A stretch of DNA of 64,000 nt from Candidatus Hydrothermarchaeum profundi (GCA_002011125.2 MTMF02000009.1:1768989-1832988), one strand, 5' to 3'; counted from the stretch's first letter, positions 29,351 through 38,754 are shown. The notes: generated from the sequence alone by a model not told the origin. A program made the numbers and translations.

Positions 29351-29482
29351 TCAAAGGAAAAACTCGCTATTTCTATATATATCAGGTAAACCCGCCAAGA
29401 TGCTCCATATCGCAACTGCAACCAAAATAATAAAAAGTAAAGAAATTGATAATCCGGTCAGATCCTTCTCTTGATTTAGCAC
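29351..29482 (-). CDS. Possible 43-aa single-TM peptide, or a gene remnant
   Basis: Manual translation from GTG: MLNQEKDLTGLSISLLFIILVAVAIWSILAGLPDIYRNSEFFL. Confidence 0.3.
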   Translation of the reverse strand: MLNQEKDLTGLSISLLFIILVAVAIWSILAGLPDIYRNSEFFL

Positions 29483-29548
29483 TAATTTAATTTTCTAAAA
29501 ACTTCTAAAAACGAAAGATTTAAAAATATGCATAGACTATGATTAGAT

Positions 29549-29605
29549 GCCTGTGGGGATAAAGAAACTCTTTTTCTACCCCATAGGCCCCCTCCCCCTA
29601 CCACT
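29549..29605 (+). ncRNA. Candidate hairpin small RNA with a C-rich tail
   Basis: CGAAAGATTTAAAAA BRE/TATA at 29512-29526; stem GCCTGTGGGG (29549-29558)/CCCCATAGGC (29579-29588) followed by a C-rich tract. Confidence 0.35.
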
Positions 29606-29780
29606 TATGATGGGAATTGGTATTGAAGTTAGAGTGCCGTAGATTAATATACCTCTTAGACGGCGAATCCAGTTATACTAAGCTGCGCAAAAGCTACCGG
29701 AGCAATGAGAAAAATGCTTTCCTCAGTTCTCCAGACGGTCATCATATATCAGCCCTGGGTTCTATCATCATCGGAAAGCT

Positions 29781-29969
29781 TTATTCAGGTTTTATCACTA
29801 TTTCATGCTGATCTGCGTCTACTTCTATAATCTTACCTCTTATTTCTTTTCTGTCCCCTAGTAATCCGATTAGAACGAGGTTTTCCCCCTCATATCTTAC
29901 TTTAGAAACATCTTCCATTATCTTCTTTTTCTCTTCCCCTTCAAGTATATACACTATTGATTCACACAT
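29781..29969 (-). CDS. cooT: CooT family nickel-binding protein
   Basis: MCESIVY...IMEDV...L.GLLG.RK.I.G.I..VD...H pattern; 62 aa with the conserved Cys2 and C-terminal His. Confidence 0.85.
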   Translation of the reverse strand: MCESIVYILEGEEKKKIMEDVSKVRYEGENLVLIGLLGDRKEIRGKIIEVDADQHEIVIKPE

Positions 29970-30016
29970 CTATTCAGGATATAATATGTTAATCTTTAAA
30001 TAATTAATTCGTTGAG

Positions 30017-30526
30017 TTGAATCGCATGGTAGCTTTCATCATTGATAACAGGATAATAGTCGAAGACGAGTCTACGGCTAACAAGCTCTATCAGAAGGGG
30101 TTTGGCGAGAGGGAAAACAGCAGGCTGGAGCTTTCTCTAATGGAGGGACTCTTCCTGCTAGAGAGAGGAACTCTGGAGATAACTGAAGAGGGAAATAAGA
30201 TAACTCCCGAGGAGCTAATGCGCAGAGCTAAAGAAGAGGACTTCAGCATAAAATATAAGGTTTACAAGGACCTGCGCGAGAGGGGCTTTGTAGTTAAGAC
30301 TGGATTAAAGTTTGGGGCCCATTTCAGAGTATATGGGAGGGGGGAATATTTAAAAGAACACTCAAGATATTTAGTGCATGTGGTATCTGAAAACGAGAAT
30401 ATATCTTTCACGGAACTGGCAAGAGCTGTGAGATTAGCGCAGGGAGTTAAAAAAAATATGATATTTGCGGTCGTAGACGATGAAGGTGACGTTACTTATT
30501 ATCTACTTGAAAGAATTACTCCCTAA
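30017..30526 (+). CDS. endA: tRNA-splicing endonuclease (single-unit, homotetramer type)
   Basis: LSLMEGLFL, YKVYKDLRERG..VKTGLKFGAHFRVY, catalytic Tyr/His/Lys, VRLAQGVKK, VDDEGDVTYY. Confidence 0.93.
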   Translation: MNRMVAFIIDNRIIVEDESTANKLYQKGFGERENSRLELSLMEGLFLLERGTLEITEEGNKITPEELMRRAKEEDFSIKYKVYKDLRERGFVVKTGLKFGAHFRVYGRGEYLKEHSRYLVHVVSENENISFTELARAVRLAQGVKKNMIFAVVDDEGDVTYYLLERITP

Positions 30527-30550
30527 AATAAAACGCAAAGGAGCTATACC

Positions 30551-31672
30551 ATGACCAAGAAGAAGTTCATCGTTACCCCATGGGAAGTGAGAGGGGAAGT
30601 AGACTATGACAAACTGATAAAACAATTTGGAACAAAGCCTATTGACGAGGGCCTTTTAAATAGGATTAAGAAGCACGCCGGAGAGCTACACCCGATGCTT
30701 AGGCGAGGGATATTCTACTCACATAGAAGCTTAAACTGGATACTTAGCGAGTACGAAAAGGGGAATACATTCTATTTATACACAGGCAGAGGACCTTCCG
30801 GTGACACTCATCTTGGACACCTCATGCCATGGATCTTCACCAAGTACCTTCAGGATAAGTTCAAAGTGAAGCTGATTTTCCAGCTTACAGACGATGAGAA
30901 GTTCATGATAAAAGAGGATATGTCCCTAGATGACGCAGTAAATTATGGATATGAGAATGCATTAGACGTGATAGCCCTTGGTTTCAAGCCAGATAATACA
31001 GAGATCTTCCTTGACACCGAGTATATTAAGAGCCTCTACAAGCTTGCAATTAAGGTTGCTAAAAGAGTTACATTTTCAACCGCAAAAGCCGTCTTCGGAT
31101 TTAAAAATAGCAGTAATATAGGGATAATATTCTTCACAGCAGTACAATCTGCCCCGGCCTTCCTAGAGTCTGAAAGACAGGGAAAGCAAGTGCCATGTCT
31201 AATACCCTGCGCTATAGACCAAGACCCCCACTTCAGGGTGACAAGAGATGTTGCACCCCACCTAGGGTACCCAAAGCCGGCTCTGATTCATTGCAAGTTC
31301 TTTCCAAGCCTTCTTGGGAAGGAAAAGATGTCTGCCTCAATTCCCGGTAGTAGTATATATACTACAGATAGCCCAAGCGAGGCTAGAAAGAAGATCTTTA
31401 ACGCCTTTACTGGGGGCAAAGCAACTGTCGAAGAGCAGAAAAAGCTTGGGGGGACACCTGAGATTTGCTCAGTATACCAGTATTTGTCTTACATTTTTGA
31501 GGAGGATGACGAAAAGCTAAAGGAACAATACGCTCAATGTAAGAGAGGAGAGCTTCTCTGCGGAGAACATAAGCAGTACCTAGCAGATAAAGTCGAGAGG
31601 TTTTTAATAGAACATCAAAAGAAACGTGAGAAGGCTAAGGACAGAATAGAGGAATTCATCATAAGAGACTGA
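30551..31672 (+). CDS. trpS: Tryptophan--tRNA ligase (archaeal type)
   Basis: VTPWEV, YTGRGPS.DTHLGH, TDDEK, IDQDPHFR, KMSAS. Confidence 0.96.
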   Translation: MTKKKFIVTPWEVRGEVDYDKLIKQFGTKPIDEGLLNRIKKHAGELHPMLRRGIFYSHRSLNWILSEYEKGNTFYLYTGRGPSGDTHLGHLMPWIFTKYLQDKFKVKLIFQLTDDEKFMIKEDMSLDDAVNYGYENALDVIALGFKPDNTEIFLDTEYIKSLYKLAIKVAKRVTFSTAKAVFGFKNSSNIGIIFFTAVQSAPAFLESERQGKQVPCLIPCAIDQDPHFRVTRDVAPHLGYPKPALIHCKFFPSLLGKEKMSASIPGSSIYTTDSPSEARKKIFNAFTGGKATVEEQKKLGGTPEICSVYQYLSYIFEEDDEKLKEQYAQCKRGELLCGEHKQYLADKVERFLIEHQKKREKAKDRIEEFIIRD

Positions 31673-31678
31673 TAAGGT

Positions 31679-32695
31679 ATGCAGGTATTCTTCTTCTTAT
31701 CAGGTGAACATCGAACGCTACCCCGTGCGGAGGTTCTCGCTGTCTTTGAGAGCCTAGGATTGAATTATAGGGTTATCGACAGCTTTGATCAGGTATTGGC
31801 CCTAGAAACTAGAGATATAGATGGCGTAAGTGAGAGGCTATCCTTGACCCATAGGATATGCCAGCTGCAAGGCCTATGCGATGTAGAATGGAACTCTATA
31901 ATCCGTTTACTCGAAGCGTGGGATATACCGCTAACCGGGAGCTTTTGTGTTAGGATTAGAAGGATAAAAGAGTATGGCAGAGAAATTAAGACGGACCTGC
32001 TGGAGAAAAAAGCGGGAGAGATACTCAGAGTTAAAACTAGTAATGAGGTAGACTTAAGAAGCCCGGATGAGGTAGTCTACGGTATTATCTCAGAGAAATT
32101 CATATTAGGAAAAAGTATTCATGTAGTGGATAGATCTGCCTATGAGGCTAGGCGACCTCATTTAAGACCTTTTTTCCGTCCTGGATCAATGCTTCCTAGA
32201 ATTGCGAGGGCTATAGTGAATCTCACAAGAGTTAAAAAAGGATATAAATTCCTTGACCCCTTTTGCGGTACAGGAGGGTTTTTGATTGAGGCGGGCCTTA
32301 TTGGCGCTAAAGTGTTCGGTTTTGACGTGGACTCTATTGCTGTTGAAGGCTGTAGGCAGAATCTAGAGTACTACGGCATAGGAGATTACTACCTAGAAAC
32401 ACAGGACGCTAGAAACCTAGTTGACAGATATAGCAATTATTTCGATGCCATTGCAACTGATATCCCCTACGGTATTTCCTCGAGCACAAAGAAATTGAGC
32501 CTTGAGGATCTCTCTCAAAAAGCGATGGCAGTTATCTATGAAGTATTAAAAGAAGGAGGACATGCCTGTGTGGTTTCCCCAGAGAATGTCGATATTGAGA
32601 TCATGGCTAAGCGGGTAGGCTTTAAGTTGAGAGAGGTACATTTTCAGAGAGTGCATCGTAGTTTAACGCGTAGAATTACGGTGTTGAAGAAATAA
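31679..32695 (+). CDS. THUMP-domain tRNA (guanine(10)-N2)-methyltransferase (Trm11/TrmG10)
   Basis: LSGEH..LP.AE, RPFF.P.SM.P..ARA.VN, LDPFCGTGG, TDIPYG, VHRSLTR. Confidence 0.88.
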   Translation: MQVFFFLSGEHRTLPRAEVLAVFESLGLNYRVIDSFDQVLALETRDIDGVSERLSLTHRICQLQGLCDVEWNSIIRLLEAWDIPLTGSFCVRIRRIKEYGREIKTDLLEKKAGEILRVKTSNEVDLRSPDEVVYGIISEKFILGKSIHVVDRSAYEARRPHLRPFFRPGSMLPRIARAIVNLTRVKKGYKFLDPFCGTGGFLIEAGLIGAKVFGFDVDSIAVEGCRQNLEYYGIGDYYLETQDARNLVDRYSNYFDAIATDIPYGISSSTKKLSLEDLSQKAMAVIYEVLKEGGHACVVSPENVDIEIMAKRVGFKLREVHFQRVHRSLTRRITVLKK

Positions 32696-33208
32696 CGCTC
32701 GGAGAGTTTGGTATATCTTTTTACTTTTACCTTGAAATTCATATTTCTCTTTCCAGAAATCCTCAACATTATATCCCTGTCTCTGGTATTCCTCTGCCTG
32801 AGCGAGCATATCCAACTTATCAGCATATTTTACTACTCTCGCCTCGGGAGTATTGCCCTCGCAGTATTCTCTCCAGATATTAATATAGCAATCTCTTATT
32901 GTATTAGGTAGAGGTTTTAATATCTCCCGGACCGCTTCTTCTTCAAGTCTCTTCTTATTAGAGTATTCTAATGAATCCTTCGTTAAATCGCCTACTATCG
33001 ACTCCTGTAAGTCATGCAACAAAGCCATTCGTAGTACTTTCTCGGTATCTTGGTTTCCAAGATCTGAGATTAGCATAGCGATTGTAGCTGTGCCACAGCT
33101 ATGATCAGCCACGCTCTCAGGAGCTCTAACTCCTCTCTTTTTCCATCCCGACCTCTCAACTGCTTTAAGCTTGACTATAGCCTTAATAAAGTCTATGGCC
33201 CTTTCCAT
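32663..33208 (-). CDS. HD-domain hydrolase (5'-deoxynucleotidase HDDC2/YfbR-like)
   Basis: LK...RSGW, ESVADHS, ALLHDL.E...GD, ADKLD. Confidence 0.9.
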   Translation of the reverse strand: MERAIDFIKAIVKLKAVERSGWKKRGVRAPESVADHSCGTATIAMLISDLGNQDTEKVLRMALLHDLQESIVGDLTKDSLEYSNKKRLEEEAVREILKPLPNTIRDCYINIWREYCEGNTPEARVVKYADKLDMLAQAEEYQRQGYNVEDFWKEKYEFQGKSKKIYQTLRALFLQHRNSTR

Positions 33209-33266
33209 AAATTTATCTCTTTCATCGGCGAATAAAAATATAAAGGAAAAAGCTTTCCTTTACACC

Positions 33267-34175
33267 ATGGAGCTAATATTTCTAGGAACGACGGCTGCGG
33301 TTCCAAGTGCCAAGCGAGGCCACTCCTCTATTGCACTAAAATATCATAATGAGATAATACTCTGGGACTGCGGCGAAGGAACCCAGCGGCAGATGATAAG
33401 GTCTAAGACAAGCTATATGAGAGTAACAAAGATATTCATAACCCATTTTCACGGAGACCATTTTTTAGGTCTGCCTGGTTTAATTCAGACGTTGTCCTTC
33501 TCCGATAGGGAGAAGCCCCTCTACATATACGGTCCAAGAGGAATTGATAAGCTCATGGAGAATATTCTCTCACTGGGCGAGTTTGACCTTGGATACAAAA
33601 TTTACACCCATGAAATAACAGATGGCTTCACGGTAGATGAGGGAAAATACTACATAAAATGTTTTAAGGTAGAACACTCTGTGCCCACCTATGGACTTAT
33701 CTTTGAAGAGAAGAAGGGTAGAGAATTCTTAGTTGATAAAGCAAAGGCATTAGGCTTGAGACCGGGCCCCATGTATTCTAAACTCCAGAGAGGAGAAGAA
33801 GTAGTATTCCAAGGCAGAATTATTAAGCCTGATGATGTGTTAGGGGAGAAAAAGAAGGGCATAAAAATAGTTTACTCTTCTGATACTCGTCCTTGCTCAA
33901 ACGTTCTTAATAGTGCTGCAAATGCGGTGTTAATACATGACGGCACCTTTGATGATGACAAAAAGGAAAACGCTATTGAGACTGCGCACTCCACATGTGT
34001 CGAGGCAGCTGAGATTGCGAGGGATGGAGGAGCTGTTGCTTTGTATCTGACGCATGTAAGTCCGAGATATAAGAATGATGAGTTGCTTGAAAAACAGGCA
34101 AAAGAAATTTTTAGACCGACAAGAGTGGCAAGAGATCTGATGCGAGTTGATATAACTAGCGGCCTCTTTTATTAG
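33267..34175 (+). CDS. rnz: Ribonuclease Z
   Basis: MELIFLGT, DCGEGTQRQ, THFHGDH, GP.Y.KL exosite, DTRP, HST, LTHVSPRY; real start ATG 33267. Confidence 0.95.
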   Translation: MELIFLGTTAAVPSAKRGHSSIALKYHNEIILWDCGEGTQRQMIRSKTSYMRVTKIFITHFHGDHFLGLPGLIQTLSFSDREKPLYIYGPRGIDKLMENILSLGEFDLGYKIYTHEITDGFTVDEGKYYIKCFKVEHSVPTYGLIFEEKKGREFLVDKAKALGLRPGPMYSKLQRGEEVVFQGRIIKPDDVLGEKKKGIKIVYSSDTRPCSNVLNSAANAVLIHDGTFDDDKKENAIETAHSTCVEAAEIARDGGAVALYLTHVSPRYKNDELLEKQAKEIFRPTRVARDLMRVDITSGLFY

Positions 34176-34220
34176 TTAAATATTAGTAATCTAAGCAATG
34201 ATCGCAGCTAAACTGACTAA

Positions 34221-35234
34221 ATGATAGAAATGGTAACTAGCAAGTCTTTAGGAGTAAAAGTTCCCTTACATGAGGCTGAATCTACTAGAAAAAAGCTGAT
34301 AGAGCTTAGAATGTTAGATCAAAAAAGGAAAATAAAACGGATGGGAGGCTATGCTTTTTTACCTGTAACCAGAGTGCCTAAAGGGTTCTCCATAGTTGAA
34401 ACTGACTTCGAGGAGGTGGAGGAGAAAAAAAGCTTCAAAGAGAAGCTCAGAGAGATTCTGCCGGCTGGAAAGACTATTACTTCATACGATATAATAGGGG
34501 ATATAGCGGTAATAGAGATACCACAGGGACTAGAGGAGTATGAAAGGAGAATCGCTGAGCTACTACTTTCATCCCATAAGCACATTAGGTCTGTATATGA
34601 GAAAAAAGGGGAAGTCGAGGGATTGGAAAGAGTAAGGACATTGAAATTTCTGACAGGTGAAGACAATCCCAAAACTATCCATAAGGAACATGGCATACTT
34701 CTAAAGCTTGATATCTCAAAGGTCTATTTTTCACCAAGGTTATCATATGAAAGAGAAAGGGTGCTGAAGCAGGTTAAAGATGGAGAGGTAATAGTGGACC
34801 TCTTTGCAGGCGTAGGGCCTTTCTCCATATTATTGGCTAAGTATAGGAGAGTGAAGGTCTACGCTATAGACATTAACCCCTATGCATATGAATATCTTAA
34901 GGAAAATATAAGGATAAATAAAGTCGCAAACAAGGTGATTCCATTGCTCGGCGATTGCAGGGAGTTAGCTCCGAGAAATATCGCTGACAGAGTAATAATG
35001 AACCTTCCGAAATCCGCCCACGAGTTTCTGGACCTCTCCTTCCAAGTTGTTAAAGAGGGGATAATACATTTTTACTCTATTTCCCCTAAACAAGATTTAT
35101 ATTCACGCCAGATTGAGTTGATTAGAGAAATCGGGAGAAAAACGGAAAAAGAAGTAAATATCTTAGGGAAGAGAATCGTCAGACCGTATTCCCCCTATAA
35201 TTACCATATCGTTATTGACATAGGAGTAAAATAA
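34221..35234 (+). CDS. trm5: tRNA (guanine(37)-N1)-methyltransferase Trm5
   Basis: SYDIIGDIA, KVYFSPRL..ER, DLFAGVGPF, DINP, RVIMNLP, RPYSP. Confidence 0.88.
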   Translation: MIEMVTSKSLGVKVPLHEAESTRKKLIELRMLDQKRKIKRMGGYAFLPVTRVPKGFSIVETDFEEVEEKKSFKEKLREILPAGKTITSYDIIGDIAVIEIPQGLEEYERRIAELLLSSHKHIRSVYEKKGEVEGLERVRTLKFLTGEDNPKTIHKEHGILLKLDISKVYFSPRLSYERERVLKQVKDGEVIVDLFAGVGPFSILLAKYRRVKVYAIDINPYAYEYLKENIRINKVANKVIPLLGDCRELAPRNIADRVIMNLPKSAHEFLDLSFQVVKEGIIHFYSISPKQDLYSRQIELIREIGRKTEKEVNILGKRIVRPYSPYNYHIVIDIGVK

Positions 35235-35253
35235 GGAAAAACGAGGAACTATA

Positions 35254-36204
35254 ATGAAGCTTTCAGAACTCGGAGAGCGAGAAATAATAAAAATCCTCCG
35301 CAGAAACTTCGAAGAATGCGATAGAATGCTTGTGAGCATAGGGGACGATGCCAGCGTATATGACCTCGACGGCGAAAATTGCCTAGTGGTATCAATGGAT
35401 GTGATATCTCAAAAGGAACACATTCCGGTGGAGATGACGCCTAGACAGATAGGCATGTATGTGGTTAACGTTAATCTAAGCGACTTAGCTTCTATGGGTG
35501 CGCAGCCTATCGGGATTGTTACCTCCTTAGGCTTGCCAGGAGATTTGGAGGATATCTTCATAAAAGAGCTTTCTTCTGGAATAAACGAGGCATGCAGTAA
35601 GCATGGAATCTGTGTTCTAGGAGGCGACACAAAAGAAATGAGAGAGATATCCATCGCTTGTACTGCGTTAGGCATGGCTAAAAAGGGAAAGTTCCTAACT
35701 AGGAGTGGAGCAAGAGTGGGGGACCTAATATGTGTGACTGGTAAAATAGGTTCGGCTGCTGCTGGATTCTATTGCCTTATAGAGAATCTAAAGGAGGAGA
35801 GATTCATAAAGGCGGCATTAGAACCTAAAGCAAGAATAAGAGAAGGCTTACTCCTTGCCGGATATGCTAACTCCTGTATGGATATCTCAGACGGCCTTGC
35901 TTTTTCTCTCCACGAGATATCAAGAGCAAGTAAAGTTGGGTTCAAAGTATACGAGGAGAAGATTCCTATTGACCCTAGAATCCTAGATGTGGCTGAAAAG
36001 GCTGGCGTGTCATCTCGAGAGCTTATATTCCATAAGGGCGGAGATTACGAGCTTCTTTTCACAATTCCTCCAGAGAAACTCAAGGAGATAAAGCTAAATG
36101 TGAATATAATAGGTGAGGTTATCCCTGCGGGAGCTATTATTGTTAATCCGGAAGGTATGGAGGAAACTCTAAGCGATAGAGGATACGAATCATTCAAAAG
36201 TTAA
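35254..36204 (+). CDS. thiL: Thiamine-monophosphate kinase
   Basis: LGEREII, IGDDA, NLSDLASMG, GGDT, MDISDGL, GGDYEL. Confidence 0.95.
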   Translation: MKLSELGEREIIKILRRNFEECDRMLVSIGDDASVYDLDGENCLVVSMDVISQKEHIPVEMTPRQIGMYVVNVNLSDLASMGAQPIGIVTSLGLPGDLEDIFIKELSSGINEACSKHGICVLGGDTKEMREISIACTALGMAKKGKFLTRSGARVGDLICVTGKIGSAAAGFYCLIENLKEERFIKAALEPKARIREGLLLAGYANSCMDISDGLAFSLHEISRASKVGFKVYEEKIPIDPRILDVAEKAGVSSRELIFHKGGDYELLFTIPPEKLKEIKLNVNIIGEVIPAGAIIVNPEGMEETLSDRGYESFKS

Positions 36205-37691
36205 GCCAATGTTTTTAACGCCTTTTCCAAGCGAGTCTCTAGCTTCTCAAGCTTAACACTTAGCTCCTTCTCAAGCTTATCCAGCTCTACCTTCTTCTTC
36301 TCTATCTCCTTCTTCTTTGGGGGTATCTGATCTTCTAGCCAGATCTTCTTAAGGGACTCTCTCGTTAAGTCTATATAGGACTTGCAGTCAGCTAAAATGT
36401 CATTAAGCTTCTCGTATGCCTTCATCTCTTCTTCCATCATCTTAAGCTTACCGTTAAGCCTTCCTATCTGCGCTACAGCCTTAGACCTCTCACGAGAGTA
36501 CTCTTTCTTTAATACCGAGTACGTGCCCTCATCGATCTTCCCCGTATCCTTTTCCCTTTCAAGAGTATCTATGAGGGTATCGAAATTCTCTGCCTTGCTC
36601 TTCGCTGCGGCTAGCTTATCCTTCACTTCTTCCATTTGTTTCTTCTTCTCTGAGATAAAGTTCTCATCCGGCAACTTTACACCTGATGCAAGGGATTCCT
36701 CCTCTATTTTCTCGAGGGAGTTTATCAGCTCCGTCAGATACTCTTTTACTTTAGAGATAAGGAAAAGCTTGCTTGACTCTATGAAGCCCAGCTCCATCTC
36801 TTTGGAGAAGATCTCGCCTTCAATTGCCTTAAGCTTTTTCTCATATTCCGCCTGTACAGTTAAGAGGTCCTCATATTTTGATACAACGTTTTTCCTTTTC
36901 TCTATCTCAGTCTTTATTTCCTCTATCCTAGCCGCGCACTTGGCCACTTCCTTTTCATATTTCTGCTTAAGGCTCTCATAGGTAGCATCGTCAACAAGTC
37001 CATCATCATGGTTCTTCTCAAGCACTTTTAAGCTTGACTCCGCAACCTGCTTCTTCATGAGCTGACTGTTCAACGAGGAGTTAAGCGAGGGTATCTCGCC
37101 TTTTATGGCTTCAACCTTAGATATAAGAGAGGGATCTACGAATCTCCTTATCTCAAGCTCTTCGGGAATATAAATCTCTTCCAGTACCTCCTCCTTAGGA
37201 GCTGCTTCCTCTACTTTGACCTCTTCGACTTCGGGAGCCGCCTCCTCTATAGCCGGGGCTTCAGAAACTTCCTCTGGCACTTCTACTGATGGAGCCTCAA
37301 CTTCAGGAGCTGCTTCTTCAGGTGCTTCCACAGCTACTGCGGCCTCTTCACCTGCCTGATCCTGTTGCCTCAGCGCTTCTTCTATCTTTTCCCTCGTCAT
37401 ACCTTTCTCGTTAACCGGTATGCCCCTCTCCCTAGCAAGCTCCCTTAGCTCATTCCACTCCATTGAGGAATAGTCTACCGGCTTTTCCTCCTTCTCCTCC
37501 ATCTCTTTCTTTATCTCAGCGATCTTAGAATCAATCTCGGTGAGCTTTTCTTCATAATCAGCAACTGAGCTATTATAGTCCTCTTCACTTATCTCCCCCT
37601 CCTCAAAAGCTCTTTTGAGTTCATTCAAAGTAGCGGTGATAACCTCCCTTTCTACCTCCAATTCAGTTAATTTATCAGAATCTTCAGCCAT
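36201..37691 (-). CDS. Coiled-coil protein with HeH/SAP/Rho-N-like domain, acidic Glu/Ala/Pro linker and three CdvA/SHOCT-like hairpins
   Basis: DYSSMEWNELRELARERGI...MTREKIEEAL (HeH-like); GEISEEDY, GLVDDATY and GKIDEGTY motifs embedded in coiled coil. Confidence 0.75.
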   Translation of the reverse strand: MAEDSDKLTELEVEREVITATLNELKRAFEEGEISEEDYNSSVADYEEKLTEIDSKIAEIKKEMEEKEEKPVDYSSMEWNELRELARERGIPVNEKGMTREKIEEALRQQDQAGEEAAVAVEAPEEAAPEVEAPSVEVPEEVSEAPAIEEAAPEVEEVKVEEAAPKEEVLEEIYIPEELEIRRFVDPSLISKVEAIKGEIPSLNSSLNSQLMKKQVAESSLKVLEKNHDDGLVDDATYESLKQKYEKEVAKCAARIEEIKTEIEKRKNVVSKYEDLLTVQAEYEKKLKAIEGEIFSKEMELGFIESSKLFLISKVKEYLTELINSLEKIEEESLASGVKLPDENFISEKKKQMEEVKDKLAAAKSKAENFDTLIDTLEREKDTGKIDEGTYSVLKKEYSRERSKAVAQIGRLNGKLKMMEEEMKAYEKLNDILADCKSYIDLTRESLKKIWLEDQIPPKKKEIEKKKVELDKLEKELSVKLEKLETRLEKALKTLA

Positions 37692-37759
37692 AGTATCGCA
37701 CCCCAAGGTTTGACCTTTATAAATTAAATTATAAGAATATAAATAGGTTGTGGTTTTTA

Positions 37760-38716
37760 TTATCGCTGAGCTTGAGAGTCCAGTTGCTCAAGTTCTTCCA
37801 AATATTTCCTTTTTAAGTCCTTATATACATCCTCGAGTATTAGCCCCCGCTCGTAGTACTCAAATAACCTATTAAGAGCCGTTTCTATAACCTTCTTCTT
37901 TGCAAGAATTTCATCAGATCCAACTTCAACTCTGATCTCTACTTCTTCCTCGCTTGGAGCTTTTATTTTAAGCTTTTTTAAGGCTTTAGAAGTTTTTTCA
38001 ATTATACCTTCACGGAGTTCCTCGCCTAATAAATCCGCCGCCAGTTTTTTGTAACTTTTACTCGCTGGAGAATTAGGTGAAAGCTGTAAAACGCTTACCC
38101 CCTTGTTCACTGCTTCTATAACCCTAGGATCATAAGGGATAACAGACGCCACGGGTTGAGCCAGAGTAGCCTCTACTGCGCTCTTCTCAAGCTCCCCTTT
38201 ACTTCCGCGCACTTTATTCAAGATCACCCTTATTTTGAGTTCATTTTCTCTCGCGGCTTTAATGAGCTTGTATACTGTTGTAACTGACAGACGATCTGGC
38301 TCTGTAATTACTAAAAGCTCATCTGACGCCTTCATCACGTCCTCGTCCACACCAGTACATGAGTCTATGAGGATAAAATCATATTTCTTTAAGAGAAACT
38401 GAATTTTCTCCCCCAGCTTAGCCTTACGACTAGTCGCTTCATTCATTAGGTACCCCAATATTAGGTCCATTTTTTCATTAAGCTGGTAGATCGCTTCTTC
38501 GATGGGAATTTTATCTTCAAGAGCATCTCGAAGAGTCAGAGGAGGATGAGGCAGATTAAAGCATAACCCAAGGTTTGGAGCCTCCAAATTTCCATCAACC
38601 GCTAGAATACGCCTGCCGAAAACTGAAGACATGGCAAAAGCCAGATTAGCTACGAAGACGGTTTTACCTGCTCCTCCTTTAGAGGATACAACCCCAACTA
38701 CCTTTCCCTCAAGCAT
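37760..38716 (-). CDS. MinD/ParA family ATPase with an extra C-terminal helical domain
   Basis: Deviant Walker A KGGAGKT, AVDGN...PNL, LIDS, ILNKV, IPYD...EA...G; about 50-aa C-terminal extension containing GLILEDVY. Confidence 0.88.
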   Translation of the reverse strand: MLEGKVVGVVSSKGGAGKTVFVANLAFAMSSVFGRRILAVDGNLEAPNLGLCFNLPHPPLTLRDALEDKIPIEEAIYQLNEKMDLILGYLMNEATSRKAKLGEKIQFLLKKYDFILIDSCTGVDEDVMKASDELLVITEPDRLSVTTVYKLIKAARENELKIRVILNKVRGSKGELEKSAVEATLAQPVASVIPYDPRVIEAVNKGVSVLQLSPNSPASKSYKKLAADLLGEELREGIIEKTSKALKKLKIKAPSEEEVEIRVEVGSDEILAKKKVIETALNRLFEYYERGLILEDVYKDLKRKYLEELEQLDSQAQR

Positions 38717-38754
38717 TAAGCTTTTTATATGATACTATTAGGATATATAGGTTG

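Larger units (their letters stand above)
27836..29706. mobile_element. Decayed tRNA-Glu-integrated element
   Basis: Integrase fragment right after the tRNA; direct repeat CCGGAGCAAT at 27836-27845 and 29697-29706; low coding density between them. Confidence 0.55.
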
